Assembly: GCA_964035545.1 (NCBI GenBank)
Contig: CAXIUT010000230.1
Coordinates: 620,001-684,000, forward strand
From: Bugula neritina
Taxonomy: Eukaryota; Animalia; Bryozoa
Length of the DNA stretch: 64,000 nt
Direction of reading: 5' to 3'
Shown piece after piece: positions 61,391-64,000 of the stretch (position 1 is the first letter of the stretch; every line of letters begins with the position of its first letter). The notes beneath the pieces are model-generated. The model searched no databases, had not been told where the DNA came from, and saw nothing but the letters and a program-made list of their open reading frames with translations. The translations under genes and the position numbers were made by a program.

Positions 61391-63202
61391 ACATACTGCA
61401 ACATACTGAAATATACTGCAACATACTGAAATACACTGCAAAATACTGAAATACACTGTAACATACTGAAATACACTGCAAAATACTACAACATATTGAA
61501 ATACACTGCAACACATTGAAATATACTGCAACATACCTAAATATACGGTAATATACTGAAATATACTGTAACACATTGAAAAATACTACAAAATACTGAA
61601 ATACACTGCAACATACTACAACATACTGAAATACGCTGTAATACATTGAAATCCACTGCAACACATTGAAATATACTGTAACTCGCTGAAACATACTGTA
61701 ACTCGCTGAAATATAGTGTAATATACGGAAATGTACTGTAAAATACTGGAATATAATGTAACACACTGAAATATACTGCAACATACTGAAATACACTGTA
61801 ACATACTGAAATATACTGCAACATCCTGCAACATACTGAAATACACTGTAACATACTGAAATACACTGCAACATCCTACAAGATACTGAAATACACTGTA
61901 ACATATTGAAGTACACTGCAACACATTGAAGTATTCTGCAACACACTTAAACATACGGCAACATACTGAAATATACTTCGGCACATTGCACTATACTGCA
62001 GCATACTGAAATGTGCTGTAGCCTACTGAAATACACTGCATTATACTGAAATACACTGCTACATACTGAAATATACTGCAACATACCGAAATGCACTGTA
62101 ATATGCTGAATTACACTGCAACACATTGATATATACTGCAACATAGCAAAATATATATTAAACTACTGAAAAACACTTTAACACATTGAAAAATACTGCA
62201 ACATACCTAGTTATACTATAACACACTGAAATATACTGCAACATACTGAAATACACTGTAAAATACTGAAATATACTGCGAGATACTGAAATACACTGCT
62301 ACATACTGAAATATACTGCAACATACTGCAACATACTGAAATACACTGTAACATACTAAAATACACTGCAACATACTACAACATATTGAAATACACTGCA
62401 ACACATTGAAATAAACTGCAACATACCTAAATATACGGTAATATACTGAAATAAACTATAACACATTGAAAATACTGCAACATACTGAAATACACTGCTA
62501 CATACTGAAATATACTGCAACACACTGCAACATACTGCAACATACTAAAATACACTGTAACATAATGAAATACACTGCAACACATTGAAATATACTGCAA
62601 AATACTTAAATACACTGCTACATACTGAAATATATTGCAACACACTGCAACATACTGCAACATACTAAAATATACTGCAACATACTGAAATACGCTGCAT
62701 AATACTGAAATACACTGTAACATACTGAAATATACTGCAACATACTGAAATTTACTGCTACATACTGAAATATACTGCAACACTCTGCAACATACTGCAA
62801 CATACTAAAATACACTGTAACATATTGAAATACACTGCAACACATTGAAATACACTGCAAAATACTGCAACATACTGAAATACACTGTAACATACTGAAA
62901 TACACTGTAACATACTGAAATATACTGCAACATACTGAAATACACTGCTACATACTGAAATATATTGCAACATACTGAAATACACTGTAATATGCTGAAT
63001 TACACTGCAACATACTGCAACATACTGAAATACACTGTAACATACTGAAATACACTGCAACATGCTACAACATATTGAAATACACTGCAACACATTGAAT
63101 ATACTGCAACATACCTAAATATGCGGTAATATACTGAAATAAACTATAACACATTGAAAATACTGCAACACACATAATTATACTGTAACACACTGAAATA
63201 TA

Positions 63203-63630
63203 CTGCAACATACTGAAATACACTGTAAAATACTGAAATATACTGCAACATACTGAAATACACTGCTACATACTGAAATATACTGCAACATACTGCAACA
63301 TACTGAAATACACTGTAACATACTGAAATATACTGCAACATCCTGCAACATACTGAAATACACTGTAAAATACTGAAATATACTGCAACATACTGAAATA
63401 CACTGCTACATACTGAAATATACTGCAACATACTGCAACATACTGAAATACACTGTAACATACTGAAATATACTGCAACATCCTGCAACATACTGAAATA
63501 CACTGTAAAATACTGAAATATACTGCAACATACTGAAATACACTGCTACATACTGAAATATACTGCAACATACTGCAACATACTGAAATACACTGTAACA
63601 TACTGAAATATACTGCAACATCCTGCAACC
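63203..63630. repeat. 140-bp (14-monomer) unit x 3, near-perfect
   Basis: cactgtaaaa at 63221, 63361 and 63501. tcctgcaac at 63341, 63481 and 63621. Confidence 0.93.
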
Positions 63631-64000
63631 TACTGAAATACACTGTAACATACTGAAATACACTGTAATATGCTGAATTACACTGCAACACATTGAAGTC
63701 TTATGCAACACACTTAAACATACGGCAACATACTGAAATATACTTCGGCACATTGCAATATACTGCAGCATACTGAAATATGCTTTAGCCTACTGAAATA
63801 CACTGCATTATACTGAAATACACTGCTACATACTGAAAAATACTGCAACATACTGAAATAGACTGTAATATGCTGAATTACACTGCAAAACATTGAAATA
63901 TACTGCAACATAGCAAAATATATATTAAACGACTGAAATATACTTTAACAGATTGAAAAATACTGCAACATACACAATTATACTGTAACACACTGAAATA

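Larger units (their letters stand above)
1..64000. repeat. Tandem satellite DNA array; 10-bp monomer (A-Y-A-Y-A-C-T-G-H-A) organised mainly as a 20-bp dimer ACATACTGAA-ATAYACTGYA; single orientation; runs to both window edges
   Basis: Every 10-nt block is a variant of ACATACTGCA/ACATACTGAA/ATATACTGCA/ATACACTGTA. No non-repeat interruption or inversion was seen. The ORF track shows the same 20-aa pseudo-peptide throughout. Confidence 0.99.

Noticed and set aside
73-63911. Several hundred minus-strand ORFs (60-347 aa; longest 56038..57081 and 52214..53191) as protein-coding genes
   Set aside because: They overlap in all three frames with the same low-complexity peptide, start and stop at satellite variants, and the 10-bp period is incompatible with codon-level selection.
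1-64000. CRISPR array (constant repeat plus variable spacer appearance)
   Set aside because: There are no unique 25-45 bp spacers, the variable parts are monomer variants, and there is no leader or cas gene.
1-64000. Telomeric repeat array
   Set aside because: There are no G-runs or TTAGG-like unit on either strand. Monomer heterogeneity with kb-scale HORs is unlike telomerase-templated DNA.
1-64000. Identity with short satellites I recall (Drosophila AATAACATAG 10-mer; Parascaris TTGCA pentamer)
   Set aside because: Only monomer length or one 5-bp word is shared and the consensus differs. A database search would be needed for any assignment.
1-64000. Fungal RIP, since many variants are CpA<->TpA or TpG->TpA
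   Set aside because: The variants are fixed in a regular dimer and module pattern, CpA/TpG remain very abundant, and near-identical 3-kb copies persist unmutated.
1-64000. Z-DNA or G-quadruplex potential from alternating purine-pyrimidine runs
   Set aside because: The alternation is broken every ~4-6 bp by CT and AA steps, the sequence is AT-rich, and there are no G-tracts.
1-64000. Transposon insertion, inversion or unique island
   Set aside because: I found no non-satellite sequence, terminal repeats, target-site duplications or strand switch. Even the 32.4-kb patch consists of in-phase monomers.

Overview
The whole 64-kb window is one uninterrupted tandem satellite array, almost certainly eukaryotic; the species cannot be identified from the sequence. 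I see no genes, RNA genes, transposons, CRISPR arrays or unique DNA. The monomer is 10 bp (ACATACTGCA / ACATACTGAA / ATAYACTGYA) and mostly alternates as a 20-bp dimer ACATACTGAA-ATAYACTGYA. The consensus is about 30% GC and strongly A-rich and G-poor on the + strand. The array is hierarchical: 5 bp -> 10 bp -> 20 bp -> ~260-bp module -> 3140-bp higher-order repeat (HOR; five near-identical copies at 2361-18060, in A-B-A-B-B order, giving a 6280-bp super-period). Right of ~18 kb it becomes a mosaic of 1-7 kb duplications with increasing divergence and small indels. All ORFs in the track are minus-strand artefacts of a stop-free repeat consensus. The most interesting signals are: (i) a recurrent 17-bp dyad TACC-N9-GGTA with conserved arms and a variable spacer; (ii) two different junctions that give the same 3140-bp period; (iii) perfect 10-bp phase over the first 22 kb; (iv) rare variants shared by the flanks on both sides of the young HOR (layered expansion); and (v) a ~330-bp foreign patch at 32.4-32.75 kb. 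Any function, for example centromeric, is inference only. All comparisons were made by eye, so duplication boundaries are approximate.
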